From Dehalococcoidia bacterium (GTDB lineage: Bacteria; Chloroflexota; Dehalococcoidia; Bin125), in the NCBI GenBank assembly GCA_022828105.1, contig JAJEJC010000001.1, positions 174,090 through 238,089 on the forward strand: DNA of 64,000 bases. The letters are read 5' to 3'. This document shows positions 18,134 through 27,396 of the stretch, one piece after another. The notes beneath the pieces were generated by a model. That model was given only the letters and a program-made list of their open reading frames with translations. It did no database searches and was not told where the DNA came from. The stretch's first letter is position 1. Every line of letters starts with the position of its first letter. Made by a program: the position numbers and the translations under genes.

Positions 18134-19498
18134 ATGTCATCAAATTCTTGGACGGACCGGCGCGCTGCCGTTGGCTCACGGCTGCTGATCGTCTTGCTCG
18201 TCGCCGGCTCGCTCGTATTGAGCGGCTGCGGCCTATTCGGCGGCGACGACGAGACGCCGAGCGTGGTCGAGCCGCCCGAGTCGGTAACCCAGACCGAGCA
18301 GCAGGACAGCTCGGCCGCGGGAACCGTGAGCGAAGTCGACGACGAGCGAGAGCAGCCGTCCGATGCGGTGCGGGTCACGACCTCGCCCGACCAGGAGTCC
18401 GAAGCAGAGCAAGAAACGCAGGCCGCCCAGCCGCAGCAAGAAGAGACCGACCGCAGCGTGTACGTGGTGCAGGCGGGCGACACGCTGGCCGACATCGCCG
18501 ACCGACTCGGCGTCCGGCTGGACGATCTGATCACGCTCAACGGGATTCAGAACCCCGACCGAATCAGCGTGGGCCAGGTACTGCAGGTGCCGGTCACGGA
18601 AGAGTCGGATGGAGGCGGCGAGACCGGCGTCGATGACGCGGAAGAAGCGCAGCAGTCCCAGGAGTCGGACGAAGAGGACGATCCGCAGGTCGAGCCGCCG
18701 GCGGTGACCTTGCCGACCGTGGCAGTGCCGGCGGCGACGCCGACCCGGGTCTCGTACACCCAGTTCCCGCAGCCGGGATCGGATGAGACGAGCGAGACGA
18801 TCCCCAGTCCTCCGGCCAACTTCCTGCAGTACGGAGCGGCCGCATTGCCCTGGCTGCACGGAATCGCCGAGGTCACGCCAATCATCGAGCTGTTCAAGGC
18901 CTGGCCGATGCCGCAGCTCGCGGTCGGCAGCGACCGCGTCGTGTTGGTCGACACGGGCGGTTTCGGCAGTTTCTCCGTCTCAATCGTCTACACCGACCCC
19001 AACTCTTTCGGCGCGGCGGTGCCGTTCTCGAACCTTGTGGTCTACGACCCGGTGCCCGGCAGCGCATCTCGATACCGCATCGCCTATGACCATGTGCAGG
19101 CCTACGCCCGCGAGGTGCAGGGCATTCAACAACTCTCGGACCTCGATCTGTCGGGCGACGGCATCCGCGACCTGACGTTCCGCGAGATCACCTGCGACGA
19201 GACGGGCTGCGTCAGCAGCTTCTACATCCTGTCGGCCGTTGGCGACGGCTACCAGACGATCACCGGCTCGGCAGCGCAGGTGGCGGAGGTCTCGAACATT
19301 GCGATCGAGGATCGGACCGGCGACGGCGTGTTGGACCTCGTGGTCAGCGGTCTGGCGACGGACGAGTCGGCGCCGGTGCGCTACACCTTCGTGTTTGCAA
19401 CGCGAGGCGTCGACCTCGTTGAGGCGTTGCGCGTCTCTGCCGATGGCGGGACCGAGGCGTCAGCGGACGATGACGACTCGGGCGAACTGGGAGAATAG
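18134..19498 (+). CDS. LysM-domain lipoprotein with an acidic low-complexity linker.
   Basis: Signal peptide plus lipobox LVLSGC. LysM is YVVQAGDTLADIADRLGVRLDDLITLNG. MSSNSW at 18134 is the likely start rather than 18056. Confidence 0.7.
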   Translation: MSSNSWTDRRAAVGSRLLIVLLVAGSLVLSGCGLFGGDDETPSVVEPPESVTQTEQQDSSAAGTVSEVDDEREQPSDAVRVTTSPDQESEAEQETQAAQPQQEETDRSVYVVQAGDTLADIADRLGVRLDDLITLNGIQNPDRISVGQVLQVPVTEESDGGGETGVDDAEEAQQSQESDEEDDPQVEPPAVTLPTVAVPAATPTRVSYTQFPQPGSDETSETIPSPPANFLQYGAAALPWLHGIAEVTPIIELFKAWPMPQLAVGSDRVVLVDTGGFGSFSVSIVYTDPNSFGAAVPFSNLVVYDPVPGSASRYRIAYDHVQAYAREVQGIQQLSDLDLSGDGIRDLTFREITCDETGCVSSFYILSAVGDGYQTITGSAAQVAEVSNIAIEDRTGDGVLDLVVSGLATDESAPVRYTFVFATRGVDLVEALRVSADGGTEASADDDDSGELGE

Positions 19499-19600
19499 GC
19501 CGGTCGGTCCGCGCCTGCCGATTGCCTGCTGATTGCTTCGGGCATAGTCTCATACGGCTAGAGTGCCTGTGGGGTCTGCGTGCGACGGGTAGGGTGACCG

Positions 19601-21712
19601 ATGTCCCTGGTACGACGTCCATCGAGACGCTTCGGGACTCGCTCGGTTGGACTGTTGTGGCGGCTGCCGCTGATCGGGCGAGTCCGGATTCCGCGCAACC
19701 TGGCGCCGCTCCTGCTGGCGGTGGCGGTCGGTCTGGCGGCCGGGTTTGCCGCCGTGGTCTTGACGGCGCTGGTCGACGGCCTGGTCGCGGTGTTCGACGA
19801 GCTTGAGTCGGTGCTGGACAGTCTCGCCGGCGGCTGGACGTTGATGCTGGTCCCGGCGATTGCCGCAATTCCGGTTGCGTTCGTCGTCTCCCGCGTGGCC
19901 TCCGAGTCTCAGGGCGCGGGCGTGCCCTACGTGATGGTCGCGGTCGAGCGCGCGGGCGGGTTTGTGCGGCCAATCATTGCGCCGGCCAAGCTCGTCGCGA
20001 CGGGCTTCACGCTGGGCGGAGGCGGCGCGGCAGGACGCGAGGGTCCGATTGTCCTGATTGCGGCGTCGCTGGCGTCGACGATCGGCCGATTGACTCGCCA
20101 GCCGTCCGACATGCTGGTGCTGATGGTCGCGGCGGCGGCAGCCGGGGGCATTGCGGCCACGTTCAACACGCCGATCGCGGGCACGTTCTTCGCGCTGGAG
20201 GTAGTGCTGCGGCGGTTCAACGTGCGCAACTTCACGGTCGTGGTGGTCTCGGCCGTCGTGGCCAATATCGTCGCGATCGCGTTCTACGGCAGCGCGCACG
20301 ACCTGAACCTGCCCGAGCTCGACTTGGGCAGCAACTGGGAACTGTTCCTGCACGCCCTGGTCGGCGTCTCGGCCGCGATCGCCGGGATTCTCTTCGTGCG
20401 CACGCGGTTCTTCACCGAGGACGTCTTCGAGTTCCTGGGTGTGTCGATGACCGTGCGGCCGATTCTTGGCTTGTTCGCCGTGGGCGTGCTGGCGCTGATC
20501 GAGGCCAACATCCTGGGCCCGGGACTCGACCAGATTCGCCTCTTTGCCGAGGGCGGCATGGCGACCTCGACGCTTGCGGTCCTGATGGTGCTCAAGTTGA
20601 TCGCCGCCTCGCTGACGATCGGTTCTGGCGCATCCGGGGGAGCGTTCGCGCCGCTGCTGTTCGTGGGCGCGACGCTCGGCGCGCTGATGGGCGCGGGCTT
20701 CGAGTCCGCCCTGCCGGGGGTCGTGGGTCCCACCGGCACATACGTCGTGGTCGGCATGGCGGCGGTCTTCGCGGCGGCCGCGCGCGCGCCGATGACCTCG
20801 CTGTTCATCGTCTTCGAGCTGAGCGGTTACTCGCTCGTCTTACCCCTGATGACGGCGGTCGCGCTGGCGACGGCGCTGGCGCAACTGCTCACGCGGGACA
20901 CGATCTACAACGTGCGGCTGCGCCGCGCCGGTCTCGACGTGCGCGACGAACACACGCCGTCGCCGCTGGACAACCTGACCGTGGAGACGACGATGCGGAC
21001 GGACACGCCGATCGTGTCGCGGCTGGCGACGATCCAGGACCTGGCAGCGGCGATGAGCCAGTCGCGCGGCAACGTCGTCGCCGTGGCCGACAACCAAAAC
21101 CGCTTCATCGGGCTGGTCAGCGCGACCGATGTCACGTCGGCCGTGGAGCGCGCGGAACTCGGTCGGCGGGCCTTTGACCTGGCTGCCGTCGCGCCGATCT
21201 TCGTCCATCCCGACGACAATCTCCGCTACGCGCTGTCGCTGCTGGTCGATCATGACGTGCGACAGTTGCCGGTGGTCGCGCGCGAGGACAACACGCGCCT
21301 GGTGGGCATGCTGACCCAGCGCGACGTGCTGCGCGAAGTCGCGCAACCCAGCGATCGGTCGCCCGACCAACGCGGCGCGCCAACACCGGTGCGACGGCTG
21401 GTCGGAGCGGTCGAGATCGAGTGTCGGGTGGAACCGGGCTCCCGAGCCGAAGCCACGACCGTCTCGCGGCTGGCCCTGCCCGAGGCGTCGGTGATTACGG
21501 CGATCCATAGGCGCGGCGAGGTGGTGATCCCGCGCGGCAACGTCTCGCTCGAGGCCAACGACCTGGCCGTGGTACTGACGGTGCCGCCCGAGGAAGGCGC
21601 GGTGCGGTCGCTGTTCGTCAATCGAAGCGGTCAATCGCGGACCAACTGGTGGTTCCTACCGCACCCGCCGCATGCGCCGACCAGCCAGGACGACGACGCT
21701 TCGACGCGCTGA
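19601..21712 (+). CDS. ClC-family chloride/fluoride-type channel or antiporter with two CBS domains and a C-terminal TrkA_C (RCK_C) domain.
   Basis: GREGP and GAFAP (GxFxP) motifs. The first selectivity motif reads GAGVP rather than GSGIP. A CBS pair and a TrkA_C-like region follow the pore. Confidence 0.85.
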   Translation: MSLVRRPSRRFGTRSVGLLWRLPLIGRVRIPRNLAPLLLAVAVGLAAGFAAVVLTALVDGLVAVFDELESVLDSLAGGWTLMLVPAIAAIPVAFVVSRVASESQGAGVPYVMVAVERAGGFVRPIIAPAKLVATGFTLGGGGAAGREGPIVLIAASLASTIGRLTRQPSDMLVLMVAAAAAGGIAATFNTPIAGTFFALEVVLRRFNVRNFTVVVVSAVVANIVAIAFYGSAHDLNLPELDLGSNWELFLHALVGVSAAIAGILFVRTRFFTEDVFEFLGVSMTVRPILGLFAVGVLALIEANILGPGLDQIRLFAEGGMATSTLAVLMVLKLIAASLTIGSGASGGAFAPLLFVGATLGALMGAGFESALPGVVGPTGTYVVVGMAAVFAAAARAPMTSLFIVFELSGYSLVLPLMTAVALATALAQLLTRDTIYNVRLRRAGLDVRDEHTPSPLDNLTVETTMRTDTPIVSRLATIQDLAAAMSQSRGNVVAVADNQNRFIGLVSATDVTSAVERAELGRRAFDLAAVAPIFVHPDDNLRYALSLLVDHDVRQLPVVAREDNTRLVGMLTQRDVLREVAQPSDRSPDQRGAPTPVRRLVGAVEIECRVEPGSRAEATTVSRLALPEASVITAIHRRGEVVIPRGNVSLEANDLAVVLTVPPEEGAVRSLFVNRSGQSRTNWWFLPHPPHAPTSQDDDASTR

Positions 21713-21734
21713 TCGGGTGCCTAGACTCAGGGTC

Positions 21735-22145
21735 ATGCCTCGCCTCTACACGCTCTCGCAGGCTCGCCGCTCGTTGCCCGCGATTGCCGCCGTGGTGACG
21801 GTGATGCGCAAGCGCGCGCTGCGGCTGGACGAGTTGACGGCGATCTCCTCGTCAATGCAGCGCAGTTCCGGCGCCGACGGGGGTCAGGTGGTCGGTGACG
21901 ACTCGGAGATACAGGCCGAAATCACGAAGCTGGAAGGGCAGATCGTCTCGCTAATCGAGCACATCCAGGAGCAGGGAGTGGAGGTCAAGGATGTCCGCCG
22001 GGGACTGGTCGACTGGCGTGCGGAACGCGACGGTCGGGAGGTGTACCTCTGCTGGCAACACGGCGAGCGGACGCTGAGCTGGTGGCACGAGATCGCCGAC
22101 GGCTTCGCCGGACGCCAGCCGATCGTCGCGTCCGAGTGGGTCTGA
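21735..22145 (+). CDS. DUF2203-family protein.
   Basis: MPRLYTLSQARRSLP N-terminus typical of DUF2203, followed by a coiled-coil region. Start taken at 21735. Confidence 0.65.
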   Translation: MPRLYTLSQARRSLPAIAAVVTVMRKRALRLDELTAISSSMQRSSGADGGQVVGDDSEIQAEITKLEGQIVSLIEHIQEQGVEVKDVRRGLVDWRAERDGREVYLCWQHGERTLSWWHEIADGFAGRQPIVASEWV

Positions 22146-22155
22146 GGCGCGTCGC

Positions 22156-22926
22156 ATGACCCATCACCGCACGCTCGCTCCACCCGTACGCCGCGGCGGC
22201 GCGCCTGTGATTCATGCCGAACTGCAGCGTCACTACGACGCGCTGTACGACCAGTTGCTCAACCGGCGTCCAGCGCGTGAGGCTCGGCCCGTGCTCGACG
22301 TGGGCACGGGCGACGGACTCACGCTGGCGGCGATCACGCAGGGCTCGCCGCTGCACGGCGTGGGCGTCGACACGGCCGAGCCCGGCCACTGGCTGGGGCC
22401 GGTCGGATGGAGCGTGATCCAGGCGGATGCGCAACGGCTGCCGTTCGACGACCGGAGTTTCAGGTCGGCGCTGATGGTCGATGTCTTCGAGTGGCTGCGG
22501 CATCCGGCGGCGACGCTGGGCGAGATCGCGCGGGTGACCGACGGACCGATCCTCGTGGTGCAGACGGATTGGGAAGGCCTGTGGTTCCAGGCGGACAAGG
22601 CCGAGGTCGGGCGCCACCTGGTGCGGGCGTTCACGCGCGGCGCGCCGGAGCAGCTTCGCAGCCGGATTCGGGCCGCGTCGACGGAAGCGGGACTGGAAAT
22701 CAGCGGCAGTTCCATCGCGACGATCTCAGCCGAGACGCTGAAACCGAACGGACTTGCCTGGGACGTGCTGGAGTCGATCCGGCGCTATCTGGTGATCGAA
22801 TCGGCGCAGGTCCGCGCGCGGCGCTTCGACGACTGGCGCGCCGAGTTGCAGCGGGCCTCAGACGATGGGCAGTTCACGATGCTGCTGCGTCGCGTCGTGG
22901 CGCTCCTGGAGCGTGCGACTGTCTGA
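22156..22926 (+). CDS. Class I SAM-dependent methyltransferase.
   Basis: VLDVGTGDG is motif I, and QRLPFDDRSFRSALMVDVFEW follows. Methyltransf_11-like. Confidence 0.75.
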   Translation: MTHHRTLAPPVRRGGAPVIHAELQRHYDALYDQLLNRRPAREARPVLDVGTGDGLTLAAITQGSPLHGVGVDTAEPGHWLGPVGWSVIQADAQRLPFDDRSFRSALMVDVFEWLRHPAATLGEIARVTDGPILVVQTDWEGLWFQADKAEVGRHLVRAFTRGAPEQLRSRIRAASTEAGLEISGSSIATISAETLKPNGLAWDVLESIRRYLVIESAQVRARRFDDWRAELQRASDDGQFTMLLRRVVALLERATV

Positions 22927-22940
22927 TCTGAGGCAAGGAG

Positions 22941-22997
22941 CGCCCCCCCTCTGTCGCTACGCGACATCTCCCCCCGCATCGCGGGGGGAGAGGGAAG
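22941..22997. repeat. Palindromic G/C-rich repeat element, copy D (diverged centre).
   Basis: gcgccccccctctgtcgctacgcgacatctccccccgcatcgcggggggagagggaag, between convergent genes. Confidence 0.75.
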
Positions 22998-22998
22998 G

Positions 22999-23886
22999 TC
23001 AGGGGGAGCCGTGGCGGTGGCCTTCTTGATGGACGTGATCGTCCATGTGGAGTTGGAGTTCGTCGCCAATCGTGAAGGTGTGGTGTTCGTCCTGGCGGTC
23101 GGCCTCGTCGTGCACGTCGCCGCGCGAAATGATGGCGAGTTCCCGTCCGAAGGTGCGGCGCAGCACGTCTTCGGTCAACGCGCTGGAGGGGTCGCCCTGG
23201 GCGATCACGCCGCCTTCGGCGGAGTTGATACAGACGACCTGGGAGTAGTGCTCGATCACGGTCGAGAGGTCGTGCGTCGTCATGACCACGGAGGTGCCCA
23301 GGTCGGTCAGGTCGCAGAGCACATCGAAGAGATGATCGTCGGAGACGGCGTCGAGCGCGGCGGACGGTTCGTCAAGCAACAGGATGCGAGGCTGGCGGGC
23401 CAGCGCGCGGGCGATCAGGGCGCGCTTGCGCTGACCGCCGGAGAGCTCGTGGATCTGGCGATCCTGGAGGTCCTGGACGTCCATCATCGCCAGGGCGCGG
23501 TCGACCGCGATCTGGTCCTCGTGGCTGCGAATCAGCCGGCCCAGCCGCCGGTACCAACTGAACTGGTAGCGGCCCATCGAGACCAGTTCGCGCACGGTGA
23601 TCGGAAAGCGCCAATCGACGTTACTGACCTGCGGCATATAGCCGAGAAACGCGCGCGCGCGCTGGGGCGGCTCGCCGCCGATCCGGATCTCGCCGCGTGA
23701 CGGCTTGACGAGTCCGGCGATCGTCTTGAGCAAGGTGCTCTTGCCCGATCCGTTGCCGCCGATGATGCCCGTGAACACGCCGCCCGGAATGTTCAGCGTG
23801 AGGTCCTCAAAGACCGGCTGGCCGGGATAGCCGACGCTGACGCCGCGAATCGCGACATCCGCTCCGGATACCGGTGCAATCGTCAT
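22999..23886 (-). CDS. ABC transporter ATP-binding protein (metal-type, ZnuC/MntB-like) with a His-rich C-terminal tail.
   Basis: Walker A GGNGSGKST, signature LSGGQRKR and Walker B ILLLDEP are present. The tail HDEADRQDEHH...HMDDHVHQEGHRHG is His-rich. MTIAPVSG at 23886 is taken as the start, since upstream of it is low-complexity. Confidence 0.85.
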   Translation of the reverse strand: MTIAPVSGADVAIRGVSVGYPGQPVFEDLTLNIPGGVFTGIIGGNGSGKSTLLKTIAGLVKPSRGEIRIGGEPPQRARAFLGYMPQVSNVDWRFPITVRELVSMGRYQFSWYRRLGRLIRSHEDQIAVDRALAMMDVQDLQDRQIHELSGGQRKRALIARALARQPRILLLDEPSAALDAVSDDHLFDVLCDLTDLGTSVVMTTHDLSTVIEHYSQVVCINSAEGGVIAQGDPSSALTEDVLRRTFGRELAIISRGDVHDEADRQDEHHTFTIGDELQLHMDDHVHQEGHRHGSP

Positions 23887-23944
23887 GGCAACCTCGAACT
23901 GTCCAGGAGCCCGAAGGGCGTTGCCCGCTGATAGCCTCAAGCTC

Positions 23945-24841
23945 ATGCCCAGCCTAGTTGACGCGAGCGGCACAGAGCTATCCCTCGACCGCCCGGCTCG
24001 AACGGTCGTCTCACTGGTGCCTTCGTTCACCGAGCTGGTCTGCGAGATGCGTCTGTCCTCGCGGCTCGTGGGAGTGACCAGGTTCTGCGTCGAACCGGCC
24101 GAACTGGTCACCCCGATCCGAAAGGTCGGCGGCACCAAGAACCCGGACATCGAGCGGATCATCGCGCTGCGTCCCGAGCTGGTCCTGGCCAACCTCGAGG
24201 AGAACACCGAGGACGATGTGCAGGCGCTGCGCGAGGCGGGGCTGAACGTCTACGTCGGCGACGTGCGTACGGCCGACCAGGCGAAGGCAGAGATCGAGCG
24301 GCTCAGCGAGTTGCTGGGCGGGATTGCGATCAGATTGACCGACTCACTTACAGAGGCGCTTGAGGAACAGCAGCATGTCAGCCGTCTCCGCCCACGGGTA
24401 CGGGTCGCGGCGCTGATCTGGCGCAATCCGTACATGGCGGCGTCGGGCGACACGTACATCGGCGATCTGCTGCGGCTCTGCGGCGGGATCAACGTCTGCG
24501 AGGACGCCGCGAGCGGGCGCTATCCGCGCCTCAGCCTGCCCGAGCTGATCGAGCTCGATCCCGAGGTGATCCTGCTGCCCTCGGAGCCATACCGCTTCCG
24601 CGAGCGCCACGCCGAGGAGTTGCTGGCGCAGCACGGCATGTCTGCCGCGCGCGACGGACAGGTTTATCTCTGCGACGGCCAGAACCTGACCTGGTGGGGC
24701 GCGAGGACTCCCGCGGCGATTCGCGATGTGGCCGCGCTGCTCGATCAGGCGCGGGTCGGCTGGCAAGCCGAGGCGGCGATGACGCCCGTGTTGCCGCCGG
24801 GGCTCAACCTGTCGGTGACGCAGCAGGACGTGGTCGAATAG
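23945..24841 (+). CDS. Periplasmic-binding-protein type 2 (BtuF/TroA-like helical-backbone) substrate-binding protein with no obvious signal peptide.
   Basis: ARTVVSLVPSFTELVCEM and PDIERIIALRPELVLAN are Peripla_BP_2 features. Start taken at 23945. Confidence 0.7.
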   Translation: MPSLVDASGTELSLDRPARTVVSLVPSFTELVCEMRLSSRLVGVTRFCVEPAELVTPIRKVGGTKNPDIERIIALRPELVLANLEENTEDDVQALREAGLNVYVGDVRTADQAKAEIERLSELLGGIAIRLTDSLTEALEEQQHVSRLRPRVRVAALIWRNPYMAASGDTYIGDLLRLCGGINVCEDAASGRYPRLSLPELIELDPEVILLPSEPYRFRERHAEELLAQHGMSAARDGQVYLCDGQNLTWWGARTPAAIRDVAALLDQARVGWQAEAAMTPVLPPGLNLSVTQQDVVE

Positions 24842-24856
24842 CGCGGAACCCGGCGA

Positions 24857-25687
24857 TCAAAGCGGGCGGCCGCTGTCGAACATCAGCGCCCGCGCCGCGA
24901 TCTGCGCCGCCAACACCGCTGCCGTCGTCAGATAGAGCAGGCCGGTGGCAGCCATCATCGAGCGCATGCGCGCCGTCGTCCAGGCCATCCAGCCGAAGAG
25001 CAGCGTGAGGCCAAAGCCGATTGCGATGCGCAGCCAGAAGGTCGGGTCGCCGCTCAGCGACTGATCGCGCCCGCCGATCGGTTCGTCGACCGAAACCGCC
25101 ATCGCCGCGCCGAACAGGATCGCCTGGATCACGACTACGAACAGGAACGCAGTCGTGATCTCGACCAGCGGTCGGGCTGGCAGGCGCGGCGTGACCAGGT
25201 ACCAGTGGCCCAGCGCCAGACCGACGGCGGAGAGTCCCAGCGCCAGCGCGCCGAAGGCGAGGCTGAGCGCGGTCAGTGCCGAGGGCGATCCGGCCAGCGT
25301 CGCCGCGGTCAGACCCAGCGCCGCCAGGGAGAGGCCCGAGAGCGCCCAGCCGAGCCGCCGCGCCCAACGGTCGCGATCGGTGTAGAGCGCGAGATTGTGC
25401 AGCACGGAGGCGGCGGTCAGCGCGGCCAGCAGCCAGACGAGCGCCTCGCGCGGTCCGGAGCGGATCAGGAAGCCCTCAACGACGTCGCCGTCCAGCGTGT
25501 AGGCCGTCCAGAAGGCAAGGCCGAGCACGATCGGCACCATGATCGTGGTCGCGCGGACGAATCCGGGGGTCGCCTGACCGCGCAGATGCACGGCGTGCAT
25601 GACCAACACGCCGCCGACGCCGAGTTCCAGCAGCAGCAGCAACAGCGTGTAGGGCAACGCTCCCGAAGCGCTCACCGATCCATCCAC
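24857..25687 (-). CDS. Integral membrane protein of unknown function (about 8 TM).
   Basis: Repeated hydrophobic helices and high GC3. No family recognised. Confidence 0.55.
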   Translation of the reverse strand: MDGSVSASGALPYTLLLLLLELGVGGVLVMHAVHLRGQATPGFVRATTIMVPIVLGLAFWTAYTLDGDVVEGFLIRSGPREALVWLLAALTAASVLHNLALYTDRDRWARRLGWALSGLSLAALGLTAATLAGSPSALTALSLAFGALALGLSAVGLALGHWYLVTPRLPARPLVEITTAFLFVVVIQAILFGAAMAVSVDEPIGGRDQSLSGDPTFWLRIAIGFGLTLLFGWMAWTTARMRSMMAATGLLYLTTAAVLAAQIAARALMFDSGRPL

Positions 25688-25693
25688 CGCGGG

Positions 25694-25906
25694 CTACGCG
25701 TCCAGCTTGAGCAGCAGGACCTCGCGCCGCAACCCCTCGTCGCCGATCTCCACCTGCACGCGCAGGACGCGAAAGCGATCGTCGCGGCCGCCGCGCCGAA
25801 AGCGGAGCACGTCGCCCTTGCTCCACGGATAGTCGGTCTCGAGCGTGTCGAGCAGCGCCTCGCGGCGCTCGGTAAAGGCGTCCGCTTCCCAGAACTCCGT
25901 CAGCAT
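25694..25906 (-). CDS. Small hypothetical protein (70 aa).
   Basis: A strong GGGGAGGGAAGCG-ATG ribosome-binding site and GC3 near 90 percent. Protein is MLTEFWEADAFTERREALLDTLETDYPW. Confidence 0.5.
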   Translation of the reverse strand: MLTEFWEADAFTERREALLDTLETDYPWSKGDVLRFRRGGRDDRFRVLRVQVEIGDEGLRREVLLLKLDA

Positions 25907-26015
25907 CGCTTCCCTCCCCAGACGAACGTACTGCGCAATCGTATCCCATGCGCGGCGATCGTCTGCGCTGATCGGCAGCGTCGGACGCGTGGCGCGCGTG
26001 TGGCACAATGTCGCC

Positions 26016-26459
26016 ATGAGCGACCCCGAGACCTCTCGCCGCTGGTTGACAAAGGCGCTGCGCGAAGCGTCGGGCGAGATGCACGAGCTGATGATCCGCG
26101 CGCTGCGCGGCTCGATGCCCGAGGCCGAAACGCTGGTCGAACGGGCCTGGCGCGACGGGGCGATCTCCGCCTGGCAACTCGGACACCTGCTCTTCCAGGA
26201 TGTCGCAGACCTGCCCCTGCACGACTTCGAGTGGCTGGAGCAGGTCAACCGGCCCGACTGTTACGAGCAGATCCGCGAGTGGTACCAGACGCGGGAGCAG
26301 ATCTCGAGCGTGTTGTACATGCTCTCCGAGTACGAGTGGGAACGAGTGGCAAATCATCGCTTCCAGGGCGAGCTAAGCGTGGAGGCGATTGCGCGCTCGA
26401 TGCACCAGTCGGACCTGGAAATCCTGAACGCGCTGCGGGCGCAGTTGCAGCCCACCTAG
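26016..26459 (+). CDS. Hypothetical protein (147 aa).
   Basis: Very high GC3 and helical composition. Divergent from the previous small gene. Confidence 0.55.
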   Translation: MSDPETSRRWLTKALREASGEMHELMIRALRGSMPEAETLVERAWRDGAISAWQLGHLLFQDVADLPLHDFEWLEQVNRPDCYEQIREWYQTREQISSVLYMLSEYEWERVANHRFQGELSVEAIARSMHQSDLEILNALRAQLQPT

Positions 26460-26469
26460 GTCAGTCGGG

Positions 26470-27366
26470 TCAGTCGGCCGGCCAGCCGAGCGCTGAGGCG
26501 ACCTCAGAGGCGGCGCGGGCAAAGTTCATGGTGTAGATGTGCAGGCCGGGCGCACCGAGTTCAAGCAACTCGCGGCCCAACTCGACCGCGGTCTCGACGC
26601 CGATTTCGCGGCGCTCGGCCTGACTCGACGCACGCTCCAGGCGGTCGTGGATTCCGGACGGAAACTCGGTGCCGTTGAGCGCCGACATGCGCTCGACGCT
26701 TGCCACGTTGGTTGGCGGCATGATCCCGGCGATCACCGGGGTCCGCACCCCGCGCGCATCGAGCTGGCTGACGAACTGCTCGTAGTACTCGGTGCGGTAG
26801 AAGAACTGCGTAATGGCGAAGTCGGCCTGGGCGAGCTTTGTCGACTGATGCGCGAGGTCGGCCTCGACCGACGCCGCCATCGGATGGCCTTCGGGATGTG
26901 CGGCGACGCCGATATCCCAGTCGGCCCGCTCGCGGATGAAGCGGGCGAGTTCGGCGGCGGCGTCGAAGGCAGGGGACCCCCCCTCAGCCTTCGGCAGCTC
27001 CCCCCCTCTGGGGGGGAGCGAAGAAGAGGGGAGCGGAGCGTCGCCGCGGAGGGCGAGGATGTTGGCGATGCCGTCGGACTGGTAGTCGCGGACAATTGCG
27101 GCGACTTCGTCACGCGTGTGGGCGACGCAGGTCAGGTGCGGCATCGCCTCGACGGCGAAGTCCTCGCGGATGGCGCGGACCCAGTCGCGAGTCGGACCGC
27201 GAGTGGCGCCGCCGGCGCCGTACGTGACGGACATGAACTGCGGTCGGTGTGCGGCAAGCCGGGCGAGGGTCTGCCTCAGGCGCTCGGCGCCTTCCTCGTC
27301 GCGCGGGGCGGAAAACTCGAACGACAGCGTTTGGCCCGCATCCAGCAACTGCGAGATGCGGGCCAT
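26470..27366 (-). CDS. metF: 5,10-methylenetetrahydrofolate reductase MetF carrying an in-frame repeat-element insertion.
   Basis: QFMSVTYGAGG, NILALRGD and ITQFFY match the MetF family. Relative to E. coli MetF an extra ~16 aa (PSSSLPPRGGELPKAE) is encoded by repeat copy E. Confidence 0.85.
   Translation of the reverse strand: MARISQLLDAGQTLSFEFSAPRDEEGAERLRQTLARLAAHRPQFMSVTYGAGGATRGPTRDWVRAIREDFAVEAMPHLTCVAHTRDEVAAIVRDYQSDGIANILALRGDAPLPSSSLPPRGGELPKAEGGSPAFDAAAELARFIRERADWDIGVAAHPEGHPMAASVEADLAHQSTKLAQADFAITQFFYRTEYYEQFVSQLDARGVRTPVIAGIMPPTNVASVERMSALNGTEFPSGIHDRLERASSQAERREIGVETAVELGRELLELGAPGLHIYTMNFARAASEVASALGWPAD
26971..27036. repeat. Palindromic G/C-rich repeat element, copy E, located inside the metF coding sequence in frame.
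   Basis: aggggacccccctcagccttcggcagctccccccctctgggggggagcgaagaagaggggag. It translates on the minus strand as PLPSSSLPPRGGELPKAEGGSP. Confidence 0.75.
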
Positions 27367-27396
27367 TACGAGTTACTCCACTCCGCGGCCTTGGGC

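Noticed and set aside
25205-26536. A 443-aa + strand ORF.
   Set aside because: Arg/Gln/Glu low-complexity, spanning three real genes on both strands.
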